A stretch of 64,000 nt of DNA from an uncultured delta proteobacterium. Its GTDB lineage: Bacteria > Myxococcota_A > UBA9160 > UBA6930. The first letter of the stretch is position 1. Each line of letters opens with the position of its first letter. The notes under the pieces were generated by a model, which had not been told where the DNA came from, did no database searches, and worked only from the letters and a program-made list of their open reading frames with translations. The translations under genes and the position numbers were made by a program. The stretch covers positions 4,412 to 68,411 of the forward strand of contig CAWAPH010000036.1 of the NCBI GenBank assembly GCA_963783795.1. Direction: 5' to 3'. Below, in pieces: positions 43,781 to 53,626 of the stretch.

Positions 43781-45294
43781 CGGGCCGCTCCTTCCGTCCA
43801 CGGGCGAACGCTGAGGGCCGGGTCTTGGAGACCTCGCAGCCGCTTCTCCCATTGTGCCAGATCACCCGGCTCGGGCGGCGCGAGCTGGCCCGAGGCCCGG
43901 ATCCCGGTGGGAGTGACGACGATCAGCCGGCGTGGGCCGGCGGTGCGGCGCAGGTCGCGGATGAAATCCAGCAGCTCCATCACCGGTGGCTCCCACGCCT
44001 TCACCACCAGCACGATCCCCACCGAGGCCAACGAAGCGGACAGCTCGGCGATCGTCTCCTCATCGGCGGAGATCGAGCTCCGGCCGCCGGCGTGGCGAAC
44101 CGCGACGACCTGGCGGTTCCAGGCGGACTGGCATTGCTGGCCGAGCGATTCGTCCGTGATGTCGAGGCCACTCCAGTTGACCAGGGCGAGCTCGCCGACA
44201 GCGAGGGAAGCAGCCTCGGCGGAGGCCGGGGTCTGATCTCCCGGACTCGCGCTCGCCGGGGCTTCGGGGGAAGTGGCCTGGGTGGAGACGAGCTCCGAGG
44301 TCAGGCGGTCGACGACCACGGTGACTCCGGGCAGCTCGGCGAAGGCGCCGCGGAGCGATCGAAGCAGCTGCGCGCCCACACCGAGCAGGAGCAGCAGGCG
44401 CGGCAACAGACCGTAGGTGAGCATGCTGGCGACGAGAAATGGCCACCACTGACCCCAGCGGCCCGGTTCCGCAACCCCCGGAACGCCCGTCTGGCGGTAG
44501 TAGAGCGTCTCGCGAACCAGGTCGAGTGCCGGTACCGCGTCGGGGACGAGTCGAGCCCAGGGCCAGGAGAGCATCCCGGTCAGGCGATGGACGCGCTCGG
44601 GATCGGGCTCGAGCGTGGTGCTCCAGGCGAACGCCAGGTCGGAGAAAATGATCAGATACAGGCAACCCGCCAGGGCCCCGAGGTTGAACGCGATCGCGAA
44701 TGCCTGGGCGGAGAAGAGGATGGCCCACTTCTGGACGCTGGCGAGGTGGCGGCCGTGGGACGAGCCGGCGCGGGTGGCTGCGGCGAGCGGCTGGCGAACC
44801 CTCTCGGGAAGCCAGCGGGCGAGGACACGGATCAGTTGACCGGGCGAGAGCCATGCCAACGACTCCTGGACCGCGCTGAACCCGGGAACGCGGCGCGTCA
44901 GGCGCTGGGGAAGCATGACCACTCCCAGTGGCAGCAGCAGGAGCAGCTGGGCTCCGACGAAGACCGCCAGGACCTGGACGACGTTTACCGGGCGAGAGCC
45001 GTCATAGCTGTAGACCGCTGCGGCAGCGACCCAGCCAACCACGAGGCCGAGGACCGCGAGGAGCAGGATCTGGAGGCGGTAGATCGCACTCAGCGGTTTC
45101 CCCGGGAGATGCGCCTCCGTCTTTCGGAGCGAGTCGAGCCAGGCCTGGAGCAGGGTCCGGGTCTCACGGGCGTGAGGGCGCAGTGCACCGACCAGCGCGC
45201 GATCGCGGCGGTGCAGGGCCACCTCGGGCTGCCCGGCATCGCGCTCCATCTGAACGACCAGGTCGATCAGATCAGCCAGCATCGAAGCCCTCAC
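43777..45294 (-). CDS. DUF2868-like integral membrane protein
   Basis: 505 aa with several TM segments. Position immediately upstream of and coupled to a DUF3482 GTPase, as in the conserved pair I recall from proteobacteria. Confidence 0.6.
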   Translation of the reverse strand: MRASMLADLIDLVVQMERDAGQPEVALHRRDRALVGALRPHARETRTLLQAWLDSLRKTEAHLPGKPLSAIYRLQILLLAVLGLVVGWVAAAAVYSYDGSRPVNVVQVLAVFVGAQLLLLLPLGVVMLPQRLTRRVPGFSAVQESLAWLSPGQLIRVLARWLPERVRQPLAAATRAGSSHGRHLASVQKWAILFSAQAFAIAFNLGALAGCLYLIIFSDLAFAWSTTLEPDPERVHRLTGMLSWPWARLVPDAVPALDLVRETLYYRQTGVPGVAEPGRWGQWWPFLVASMLTYGLLPRLLLLLGVGAQLLRSLRGAFAELPGVTVVVDRLTSELVSTQATSPEAPASASPGDQTPASAEAASLAVGELALVNWSGLDITDESLGQQCQSAWNRQVVAVRHAGGRSSISADEETIAELSASLASVGIVLVVKAWEPPVMELLDFIRDLRRTAGPRRLIVVTPTGIRASGQLAPPEPGDLAQWEKRLRGLQDPALSVRPWTEGAAR

Positions 45295-46450
45295 GCAGCG
45301 AGAATCCGCGCCGTCGAAGCTCCTCGACGTAGAGTGCCGGCGGCACGGCGATCTCGGCCGGGTGTACGCCGCGCGGTGTCTGGCCTCGCGCGCTCATCAC
45401 GGTCTTGATCGAAGCGTCCCAGCCGGTGGTGCGCTCCATCGCCGTGAAGCCGGTATCCGGATCGTAGCGGTCGATCAGCTCGACGAGCACCTCAGCCGGC
45501 TTGCCGTCCTTGACACCCCTGGCCACGACGCGCACCACCACGAAGTCGCGCTCTTCCGGCCCCGCCTTGATCTTCGGGTCCAGCAGGGTGTGCAGCACCT
45601 CGCGCGGCGAGACGCTCGCCCCGCCCACCTCGACCGGCTGCTCCTCCAACAGGCCCGCGTCCATGTAGGCCTTCCACTGGGTGAAGTGGCCGGGCCAGCG
45701 AAGCGTCTTGTTCCACAGGGTCTGGAGCTTCCCTTCGAAGGTCCAGGGCATGGTCGACGTCCCGCCGCCGGCGACGAACGCCTCCATCTCGCCGATGGGG
45801 TCGGGAAGCACGATGGTCTCGTAGTCCTCCGGCAGGAACGTCGGCACCTCGACGCGCCGGCCGCCGCGGATGAAGTGAGCCACACCGTAGTACTCGTTGG
45901 TGAGACCGGCGATGTTGAAGGTGAGGATGTAGTTGAAGGGAGGCCTGGGCTCGGCGGGGTTGCCGCCATCCCACATCATGACCTCGTCCGTGCTGTCGAG
46001 CTTGCTCATCGCGTAGGTGATCAAGCTGGTGCCCATGCCGGGCACCTGACCACAGTCGGGGATGATCGCGATGCCCGCGTCCTCCGCCTGCGGGCTCTGC
46101 AGCAGCTGCATTTGCACCAGCTCGGTGTTGCCGCCGAGGTCGGTCATGCACGCAGCGGCGCGAATCGCGGCGCTGGTGATGCCGGGGTTGTGCCAGTAGG
46201 GAACCGCCGACAGGAAGGCGTCCACGCCACTCAGCATGGCCTCGAGCTGCCGGGAATCCGTGACGTCGACGCGGCAGGGCTCCGCCACCTGCCTGTCTAG
46301 CAGACGGTTGACGCGTGCGGCCGACTTCTCGGCTGCAGCGGGATCGAGATCCGCGAGCAGAACGCGCTTCGCATCGCCGAAGCGCGCCATGTCGTAGGCC
46401 GCCGCCGTGCCCTGCCTTCCGCTGCCGAGGACTGCGTACACCTGACTCAC
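45272..46450 (-). CDS. saccharopine dehydrogenase family protein (NAD(P)-binding)
   Basis: 'VYAVLGSGRQGTAAAYDM' Rossmann motif and the Sacchrp_dh C-terminal domain. GTG start overlaps the MttB-family stop (GTGA). Confidence 0.8.
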   Translation of the reverse strand: MSQVYAVLGSGRQGTAAAYDMARFGDAKRVLLADLDPAAAEKSAARVNRLLDRQVAEPCRVDVTDSRQLEAMLSGVDAFLSAVPYWHNPGITSAAIRAAACMTDLGGNTELVQMQLLQSPQAEDAGIAIIPDCGQVPGMGTSLITYAMSKLDSTDEVMMWDGGNPAEPRPPFNYILTFNIAGLTNEYYGVAHFIRGGRRVEVPTFLPEDYETIVLPDPIGEMEAFVAGGGTSTMPWTFEGKLQTLWNKTLRWPGHFTQWKAYMDAGLLEEQPVEVGGASVSPREVLHTLLDPKIKAGPEERDFVVVRVVARGVKDGKPAEVLVELIDRYDPDTGFTAMERTTGWDASIKTVMSARGQTPRGVHPAEIAVPPALYVEELRRRGFSLREGFDAG

Positions 46451-47892
46451 TGGCCACTCCCTTCTCGCGCGCGAACGATCTCACGAATCTGCTGCTCGCA
46501 GCGCAGCGGCTCCGGCTCGTGTGTGGCGAGAATCTCCCTGGCGCGTTCACGCGCCCTGCCGAGAGCCGTCGGCCGGCCGGCATCCTTCCACGCCTCGAGA
46601 GGCATGCGATCGAGCAGTGTGGGCTGCCAGATCTTCCGCATCTGCTGGAGCGTGTGCTCCTGCTCCATGAAGTGGCCCCCGGGACCCACCGTCTCGATCA
46701 CTTCGACGGCGAGGCTCTCCGGATCGACGGGGATGTCCGCCGACAGATGCCGCAGCATGTCGAAGAGCTCGCAGTCCAGGAGCAGCTGCTCGAAGGAGAA
46801 GACCTTGGCGGCCTGCAGCAGGCCCGCTCCGTAGACGATGTCGGCCCCGGCCAGGAGACTCATCACCCCCGAGACTGCGTTCTCCACGCCGGCCTGCCAG
46901 TCGATTCCCTTGGCGCCCGTCGCGAAGGTGCCGACGCAGCTCGGCAGCCGGTAGAAGCGGGCCATCTCGGCGCACGCCGCCTGCAGCAGCGCGTCCTCGG
47001 GACCGCCGGCGGTGACGCCACCCCTGCGAAGCTCCATTGCCGTGCTGCAGGATCCGTAGAAGGTCGGGGCCCCCGGGTAGAAGAGCTGCAGCAGCGCGAT
47101 GCCGGCCAGCAGCTCGGCGTTGGTGAGGACCACGGTCCCCGCCAGGGTCGCCGGCGCGGTCGCACAGGCGATCGCCATGTTCACGAAGCCGGTCGGCAGG
47201 CCGGCGGCGGCAAAGACGAAGGCCGCCTCGAGCGAGCCGGCATCGTACGACAGGGGGCTGATGCTGCACTGGAACCCGGAGAGGATGGGGCGCCGCCTGA
47301 GTGCATCCGCCCCCCCTGCGATCTCCGCGGCCATCTGCACGGCGGTTCCGGCGCTCGCAGGATCCACCACGGTCATCGCCTGTGCGTGCTTGCTCGAGCC
47401 GGTGAGCAGAGCTGCGGTCTCGACGACCGGCTGCATCCGGGGCGCGCAGTCGGCGGCGCTGAGCGCGGGACAGAGGATCGAGATGGCATCGAGCGCATCG
47501 GCCACGCGCACGGCGGCTTCCAGATCGGCGCACACCGAGGAGCGTAGCTCGCCCGTCTCCAGGTCGGTGAGCTGGACAGCGTTGCCGTCGAGGGACAGGT
47601 GGCTCTGCCTCCCGTCGAGGAGAACATCATCGTCCGGGTGGCGGGCGCAGAGGGTGTAGCTGCTCGGCGCGAAGGCCAGTGCTTGCGCAACGATTTCGGG
47701 GGGAAAGCGGACCCGCCGGGTCCCGGAGTCGACGACCAGTCCCAGCTCGCGCGCCTGCTCCTGGCGTTCGGGAGCCAGCGGCATGCTGAGCCCGGTCTCG
47801 CTGAGGACGCGTAGACTCGCTTCGTGGATGGCGCGGACCTTGTCCGCGCCCAGCACACGGAGCGGCCTCTCGGAACGCGCGCTGACGACCAC
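46447..47892 (-). CDS. MttB-superfamily methyltransferase (non-pyrrolysine type)
   Basis: Lower 481 codons of ORF 46447..48246. 'IHEASLRVLSETG', 'FQCSISPLSYD', 'GFVNMAIACATAPATLAG', 'GAGLLQAAKVFSFEQLLLDCE', 'GPGGHFMEQEHT'. GTG at 47892 follows GGAGG. No in-frame TAG. Confidence 0.8.
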   Translation of the reverse strand: MVVSARSERPLRVLGADKVRAIHEASLRVLSETGLSMPLAPERQEQARELGLVVDSGTRRVRFPPEIVAQALAFAPSSYTLCARHPDDDVLLDGRQSHLSLDGNAVQLTDLETGELRSSVCADLEAAVRVADALDAISILCPALSAADCAPRMQPVVETAALLTGSSKHAQAMTVVDPASAGTAVQMAAEIAGGADALRRRPILSGFQCSISPLSYDAGSLEAAFVFAAAGLPTGFVNMAIACATAPATLAGTVVLTNAELLAGIALLQLFYPGAPTFYGSCSTAMELRRGGVTAGGPEDALLQAACAEMARFYRLPSCVGTFATGAKGIDWQAGVENAVSGVMSLLAGADIVYGAGLLQAAKVFSFEQLLLDCELFDMLRHLSADIPVDPESLAVEVIETVGPGGHFMEQEHTLQQMRKIWQPTLLDRMPLEAWKDAGRPTALGRARERAREILATHEPEPLRCEQQIREIVRAREGSGQ

Positions 47893-47975
47893 GAGCGAAT
47901 CTCCTCCGGGTCTCGCCGTATCGGCTGGCGTGCGGAGGCCCGAACGGCGCCAGGGTCCCCCACACATCCGGTACA

Positions 47976-49140
47976 ATGAGCTTCCCGCGGGATGCGAGCG
48001 ACCCGCACCCCGCGGCCAGGAACCATACGACGCATCGGGAATCGACGAAAGGAACGGCCCTGAGCACCGAATCCGAGAGTGAGAGACACCCGCTCCCGCC
48101 CCTGCCGCCGCAGCCCGGCGACGTGCCGTGGCCGACCGACGCCTGGCCTCGCGCGGAGATCGACCCCCGGGTGGACCGCGACCTCGTGGCCCGCCTCCTC
48201 GACCACGCGTTCGCGCAGCCCGAGAGCCTCGGCACCACCCACGCACTGCTCGTCGTGCACCGGGGGGCGATCGTGGTGGAGCGCTACGCCGAGGGAATGG
48301 ACGCGAGCACCACGCACGTCTCCTGGTCGATGGCCAAGAGCATGCTCCAGGCCACCATCGGCATCCTCGTGCGCGACGGGCGCATCGATGTCGGGGCGCT
48401 CGCCGACGACCCCGCCTGGAGGAGCCCCGGCGACCCGCGCGCGCACATCACGATCGACCAGCTGCTCAAGATGCGGAGCGGTCTCCTGTTCCACGAGGAC
48501 TACGTCGACGAGCACGTCTCCCACGTGATCGAGATGCTGTTCGGGGCGGGCAAGCCGGATGCCGCGGCCTACGCTGCCGCGCTGCCCCTGGAGCACGAGC
48601 CGGGCTCCTTCTTCTCGTACTCGAGCGGCACCTCCAACATCCTCTCGGCTGTCGTGGCTCGCGCACTCGGGGCGCGCGGCGATGCCTACCGCGAGTTCCT
48701 CCGCCGCGAGCTCTGGGATCCGCTCGGGATGACGTCGGCGGACCCGCGCTTCGACGAGGCCGGCCACTGGATCGCGTCGTCGTTCGTGTTCGCCACCGCG
48801 CAGGACTTCGCGCGCTTCGGACTGCTCTACCTGCGCGACGGCATCTGGGAAGGCCGGAGGATCCTGCCGGAGGGATGGGTCGGACTACGCGCGAACCCAC
48901 ACGGGGACCGACGAGGAGATCGGCCTCGGCTACGGCGCGCACTGGTGGCTGATCCCCGGCAGCCTGGGGATCTTCCGCTGCTCGGGCTACAACGGCCAGC
49001 GCATCGCCGTAGTGCCGCCGCTGGATCTCGTGGTGGTGCGGCTGGGCGTCTCGCCGGTGGATCTCCAGCCGGAGCTCGAGCGCTTCAGCATGGAGCTGAT
49101 CGACGCATTCCGGCCGCTGCTCGGATGGAGGCGAATCGTG
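47976..49140 (+). pseudogene. beta-lactamase-family serine hydrolase with a +1 frame change; the corrected frame runs without a stop into the next gene
   Basis: 'SWSMAKS' (SxxK) and 'YSSGTSN' lie in the frame of ORF 47976... 'DYARTHTGTDEEIGLGYGAHWWLIPGSLGIFRCSGYNGQRIAVVPPLDLVVVRLG' lies in the +1 frame. The junction is at about 48882. Confidence 0.7.
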
Positions 49141-49950
49141 AAACCGGGCTCGATCTTCTTCATCACCGGGGCGGCCAACGGAATCGGTGCCAGGGCGGCC
49201 GAGCGCGCGGTCGGAGATGGCCACCGCGTCGTCGTCGCGGACGTCGACGAGAGCGCCGCGTCGGATCTCTGCAAACGCCTCGGCGACCGGGCCTTCGCCG
49301 TGCGCCTGGACGTGCGCGACGTCGCCGGCTGGGAGGAGGCTCTCGACGCCGCATGGGCGCAGTTCGGCGGCATCGACATCCTGGTCAACAACGCGGGCCT
49401 GATCCACCCCGGGTGGTTTCGCGAGCAGTCCATCGAACAGGTCGAGCACATGGTGCAGGTCAACCTGCTGGGTCTGATCAAGGGCGTGCGCGCCATCCTT
49501 CCGCGCTTCGCCGCCCAGGGTCACGGCCACATCATCAACATCGCCAGCTACGTCGCGTTCGCGGTTCTCAAGGGCCAGACCGTCTACTCCGCCACCAAGC
49601 ACGCCGTTCGCGCCTTCCACCACGGAGTCGCCCAGGAGCACGAGAACGATCCGATCGACTTCACGCTGATCTGTCCCACCGCGGTCGACACCCGGATGCT
49701 GCGCCAGCAGATCGGCCAGGACTCCTGCGCGCTGGCCTTCTCCGAAGCATCCGTCACTCCGGAGCAGGTCGCCGACGCCATCCATCGCGCCGCGGAGGAG
49801 AAGCCACTCGAGATCCTGGTCCCGCGCTGGCCAGGCGCCGCCTTGCGCTTCATCGGCGTGATGCCCCGCCTGCTTCGCAGCATCACGCGCCGAGCCGAGC
49901 AGAAGGGGCTGAAGGTCGTCGCCAGGCAGCGCCAGCGCGGCGGGGAGTGA
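49138..49950 (+). CDS. SDR family oxidoreductase
   Basis: 'IFFITGAANGIGARAA', 'NNAG', 'YSATKHAV'. GGAGG lies 6 nt before the GTG at 49138. Confidence 0.8.
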   Translation: MKPGSIFFITGAANGIGARAAERAVGDGHRVVVADVDESAASDLCKRLGDRAFAVRLDVRDVAGWEEALDAAWAQFGGIDILVNNAGLIHPGWFREQSIEQVEHMVQVNLLGLIKGVRAILPRFAAQGHGHIINIASYVAFAVLKGQTVYSATKHAVRAFHHGVAQEHENDPIDFTLICPTAVDTRMLRQQIGQDSCALAFSEASVTPEQVADAIHRAAEEKPLEILVPRWPGAALRFIGVMPRLLRSITRRAEQKGLKVVARQRQRGGE

Positions 49951-49990
49951 CGACCCCACTGCTGCACCCGGCTTCCCTGGGGCGCAACCG

Positions 49991-52161
49991 TCAGCCTTCC
50001 GGCTCTGCCTTGCGGACCTCCACCGACGATGCCCGTCTGATGCGCCATGCCGGAGAGGCGCTCGAGGTTCTCGGGGCCGTCCGCGGCCAGCAGGTTCGCA
50101 TTCACTCCTCTGGTCTGGCTGGCGATGCCGAGGCCCTCTGCCTTCTGGTGCCCCCAGCCGTGAGGCAGGGCGACCACCCCGGGCATCAGCTCAGCCGTCG
50201 TGACGACGGGAACGCAGACGCTCCCCGTGGCCGAAGAGACGCGAGCCAGGTCCGAGTCTTCGAGGCCCAGACGCCTGGCATCCTGGTCGTTCACGTAGAG
50301 GTAGTTGGTGCGCCGCCTCCCCTTCGCAAAGGCCGCGGTGTTGTGCATCCACGAGTTGAGACTCAGGTGCTCGCGCTTGCTGATCAGCTTGAACCTCTCG
50401 CTTCCCTGTACCTCCAGTCTCGAAATCGGCTTCCAGCTTCCGGGCCGCATCGAGCAGGCGAGCCGGGGCGAGGGCGACCTTGCCGTCATCGGTGAGAACT
50501 CGTTCTTCCCAGGAAGCTACCCGCCCGGTTGGGCGCGAGAAGCCTTCCGTGCGGATGGCGGCGGAGTGAGCGAACGCCTCCCAGTCCGAGGCCAAGCGCC
50601 ACCAGATCGAAGAGCCGCTCGGGACGAATCCCGAGGAAGGGCCGGGACCGGCCCAGATCGAGCATGCGTTGCACCGGCCCGAGGCCGAAGATCGGCACTC
50701 CTGCGGCTCGGGCGAGGTCCAGGAGGATCCGACACTCGTCGCGCTGTTCGCCCTCAGGGGCGACGACCCGATCCGTGTACTGGATGTACGGAATGGCCTG
50801 GAGCCTCAGCACACTGGGAAAGAGAAACGGAAGGTCCGGACGCTGCAGGTACGAGAGACCCGGCAGGACGTAGTGAGCGAGATTGGCGGTCTCGTTGCGG
50901 AAGATGTCGATCGCGACCAGGAGGTCGAGCTGGCCGAGAGCCTCCTCGAGATGTGCCGTGTTCGGACAGGAGAGAAGCGGGTTTCCGCCCACGACGACGA
51001 GTGCTCGAACCTGTCCCCGGCCTGGCGTCAGGATCTCGTCCGCCAGGGTTCCGCTCGGAAAGCTGTCGACCACCGAGGCGAAGTCGCCCACTCGCGAGCG
51101 ATCCTTTCGGACGGCGAACCCGGCCTTCCTGGCGAGGCGGGGAAAGAGCGGCAGGCCCTTGCCGACGAGAGTTCCGCCGCTTCGATCGAGGTTGCCCGAG
51201 ATGGCGTTGATCGCCTCCTGGATCCAGAAGGCCAGCGAGCCATTGGTCCCCTGACTCACACCCGTGGCGCTGTAGAGCGCCGCGCCCGAGGCTCGCCGAT
51301 GGAGCTCGACCATCTCTCGGAGCTTCTCCGGACTGACCCGGGTCGCTTCCGCCGTCCGCTCGGCAGTGAAGGGTCGCGCAAGCTCGACGAGCTCGTCGTA
51401 TCCGGTCGTGAATCGCGCGACCCGCTCACGGTCGACACCGCCGGTGGAGACCAGCTCGTTCAGGAACGACAACAGGAAGAAGACATCGGTGCCGGGACGG
51501 ATGTGAACCTGCTCGCCCACCGACGCGCGCTGTCTCCGTCGAGCCGCGGGTTGACGAAGAAGACCCGGCCACCCCGCTTCTCGATCTCCTTCAGCCGGGG
51601 CAGGGGACGAGGAAGGTTGACGAAGGGCATGCCGGAGACGGCGGGGTTCGCTCCGATCAGGATCAGGCACTCGGTGTGGTCCACGTCCGGGAACGGCTGC
51701 AGGAGGGGGGATCCGTACATGTGCTCGGCCACCACGAACTTGTTGCTGCAATCCAGGGACGCCACCTGGTAGCTGGCTTTGCTTCCGATCCCGCGCAGGA
51801 AGCCGTTCACGAAGAAGGGCTGCAGGAAGGAGAGCCCGGCCCCGCTTCCCATGTAGCGTTGCGATCGAGTCGGGTCCGAACTCGCTCCGAAGGGATCGCA
51901 GCTTCTCCCCGATCTCTTCGAGTGCCCGATCCCACGAGATTCGCTGGAACCGACTCACCAGACCGCTCGAGCGGGTGCTCGGAGACGATCCGGAGAGTGA
52001 TGGATTTCTCCGAACCGGACGCCCTTGGCGCAGGCATGACCTCGGCTGACGACGTGCTCCCTGTCCGGCCGGATCTCGACCACGCGATTCCCCTCCACCG
52101 TGACCGTGAGCCCGCAGAGCGCTTCACAGAGTCGGCAGAAGGTGGAGTGAAGCTCAGCCAT
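49991..52161 (-). pseudogene. molybdopterin (bis-MGD) oxidoreductase, fragmented by about eight +1 frame changes
   Basis: Pieces in three frames reassemble a full MopB enzyme. These are 'FCRLCEALCG...HACAKG' (4Fe-4S), 'HPLERSGE', 'FQRISWDRALEEIG', 'YMGSGAGLSF...ECLILIGANP', 'FFVNPR/STETAR/VGEQVHIRPGTD', '...HPHGRLLAPNRAGSFLGR', 'VLTDDGKVALAP', 'FKLISKREHLSLNSWMHN...ALPHGWGH' and 'VEVRKAEPEG*'. Confidence 0.8.
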
Positions 52162-52330
52162 GGTGGAGCTGCGGAGTACGCAATGGATGAAACCGCCCGA
52201 TTCGCGTGATCTCGTTGGAGGCCCGCGAACCCCTATAATGGCCGGGTACCCGAGCAGGTCAAGCAGTTTCCCGGCTCTTTCGAGACCGCACTGGAGCGCC
52301 CTCCGAAGCGGCGCAGCCCGAGGAGATGCG

Positions 52331-53602
52331 ATGGACTTCGACATCCCGGCCGAACTGGCCGACTACCTGAAAGAGCTCGACGAGTTCATCGAGCGGGAGA
52401 TCAAGCCCCTCGAGGAGGCCGACGACAACATACGCTTCTTCGATCACCGGCGCGAGAACGCCCGCACCGACTGGGATCGGGGCGGACTGCCGACCCCGGA
52501 GTGGGAGGCGCTGCTCGATGAGGCGCGCCGTCGCGCCGACGCCGCCGGTCACTACCGCTACCCCTACCCTGAGGAGTACGGCGGCCGGGGCGGCAGCAAT
52601 CTCGGAATGGCGATCATCCGGGAGCACCTCGCCGCCAGGGGGCTGGGGCTGCACAACGACCTGCAGAACGAGCACTCCATCGTCGGCAACAACGTCGGGC
52701 TGCTGCTGATGCTGGACTACGGCTCCGAAGCCCAGAAGAGCGAGTGGATCGATGCCCTGCTCGAGGGCCGCAAGGGCTTCGCCTTTGCGATCACCGAGTC
52801 CGCCCACGGCTCGGACGCCACCCACATGGAGACGAGCGCCGTCCGCGATGGAGACGGCTGGCGGATCGACGGCGAGAAGACCTGGAACACCGGCATCCAT
52901 CGGGCTCCCTACAACCTGGTCTTCGCGCGAACGGGTGGCAAGGCGGGAGACGGAAACGGGATCACCGCGTTCCTGGTACCCATGGACGCCCCGGGCGTCA
53001 AGATCGAGGAGATGCTCTGGACCTTCAACATGCCGACCGATCACGGCCGCGTCTCCCTCACCGACGTGCGGGTCGGCGACGATGCGATCTTCGGCGAGGA
53101 GGGGCGCGGGCTTCAGATCGTGCAGCACTTCTTCAACGAGAACCGCATCCGCCAGGCGGCTTCGAGTCTGGGCGCCGCGCAGTTCTGCATCGACGAGTCG
53201 GTCGCGTACGCGAAGGTGCGGGCGCCCTTCGGCAAGCCTCTGGCCGTCAACCAGGCGATCCAGTTCCCGCTGGTCGAGCTGCAGACGCAGTGCGAGATGG
53301 TGCGAGCACTGATCCACAAGACCGCGTGGATGATGGACACCTACGGCGCGTTCTCGGTTTCCGACAAGGTCTCCATGTGCAACTACTGGTCGAACCGGCT
53401 CTGCTGCGAGGCCGCGGACCGCGCCATGCAGGTGCACGGCGGGCTGGGCTACTCGCGCCACAAGCCCTTCGAGCACATCTACCGGCACCACCGGCGCTAC
53501 CGGATCACCGAGGGCGCCGAGGAGATCCAGATGCGCCGGGTGGCGGGCTACATGTTCGGCTTCATGAAGCAGCGCGCGCCCAAGGGCGTGGCGGAAGACT
53601 GA
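52331..53602 (+). CDS. acyl-CoA dehydrogenase family protein
   Basis: 'ITESAHGSDATHM', 'IDGEKTWNTG', 'FGKPLAVNQAIQFPLVEL', 'GGLGYSRHKPFEHIYR'. AGGAG lies before the ATG at 52331. Confidence 0.9.
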   Translation: MDFDIPAELADYLKELDEFIEREIKPLEEADDNIRFFDHRRENARTDWDRGGLPTPEWEALLDEARRRADAAGHYRYPYPEEYGGRGGSNLGMAIIREHLAARGLGLHNDLQNEHSIVGNNVGLLLMLDYGSEAQKSEWIDALLEGRKGFAFAITESAHGSDATHMETSAVRDGDGWRIDGEKTWNTGIHRAPYNLVFARTGGKAGDGNGITAFLVPMDAPGVKIEEMLWTFNMPTDHGRVSLTDVRVGDDAIFGEEGRGLQIVQHFFNENRIRQAASSLGAAQFCIDESVAYAKVRAPFGKPLAVNQAIQFPLVELQTQCEMVRALIHKTAWMMDTYGAFSVSDKVSMCNYWSNRLCCEAADRAMQVHGGLGYSRHKPFEHIYRHHRRYRITEGAEEIQMRRVAGYMFGFMKQRAPKGVAED

Positions 53603-53626
53603 GCTGACTCCAGCGAACGCCGGGAT

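Noticed and set aside
46447-48246. The N-terminal 118-codon extension of the MttB-family ORF, and the possibility of a pyrrolysine (TAG) codon.
   Set aside because: The extension is Arg/Gly/Pro-rich and overlaps the divergent hydrolase region. There is a GGAGG-GTG at 47892. The ORF has no in-frame TAG, so it is a non-Pyl member.
49991-52161. The idea that the breaks in the Mo-oxidoreductase are selenocysteine TGA codons, as in formate dehydrogenases.
   Set aside because: Continuity of conserved blocks requires frame changes, not readthrough. The TGAs that end the fragments are out-of-frame stops reached after a +1 slip, and the putative Mo-ligand position ('LDCSNKF') encodes Cys.
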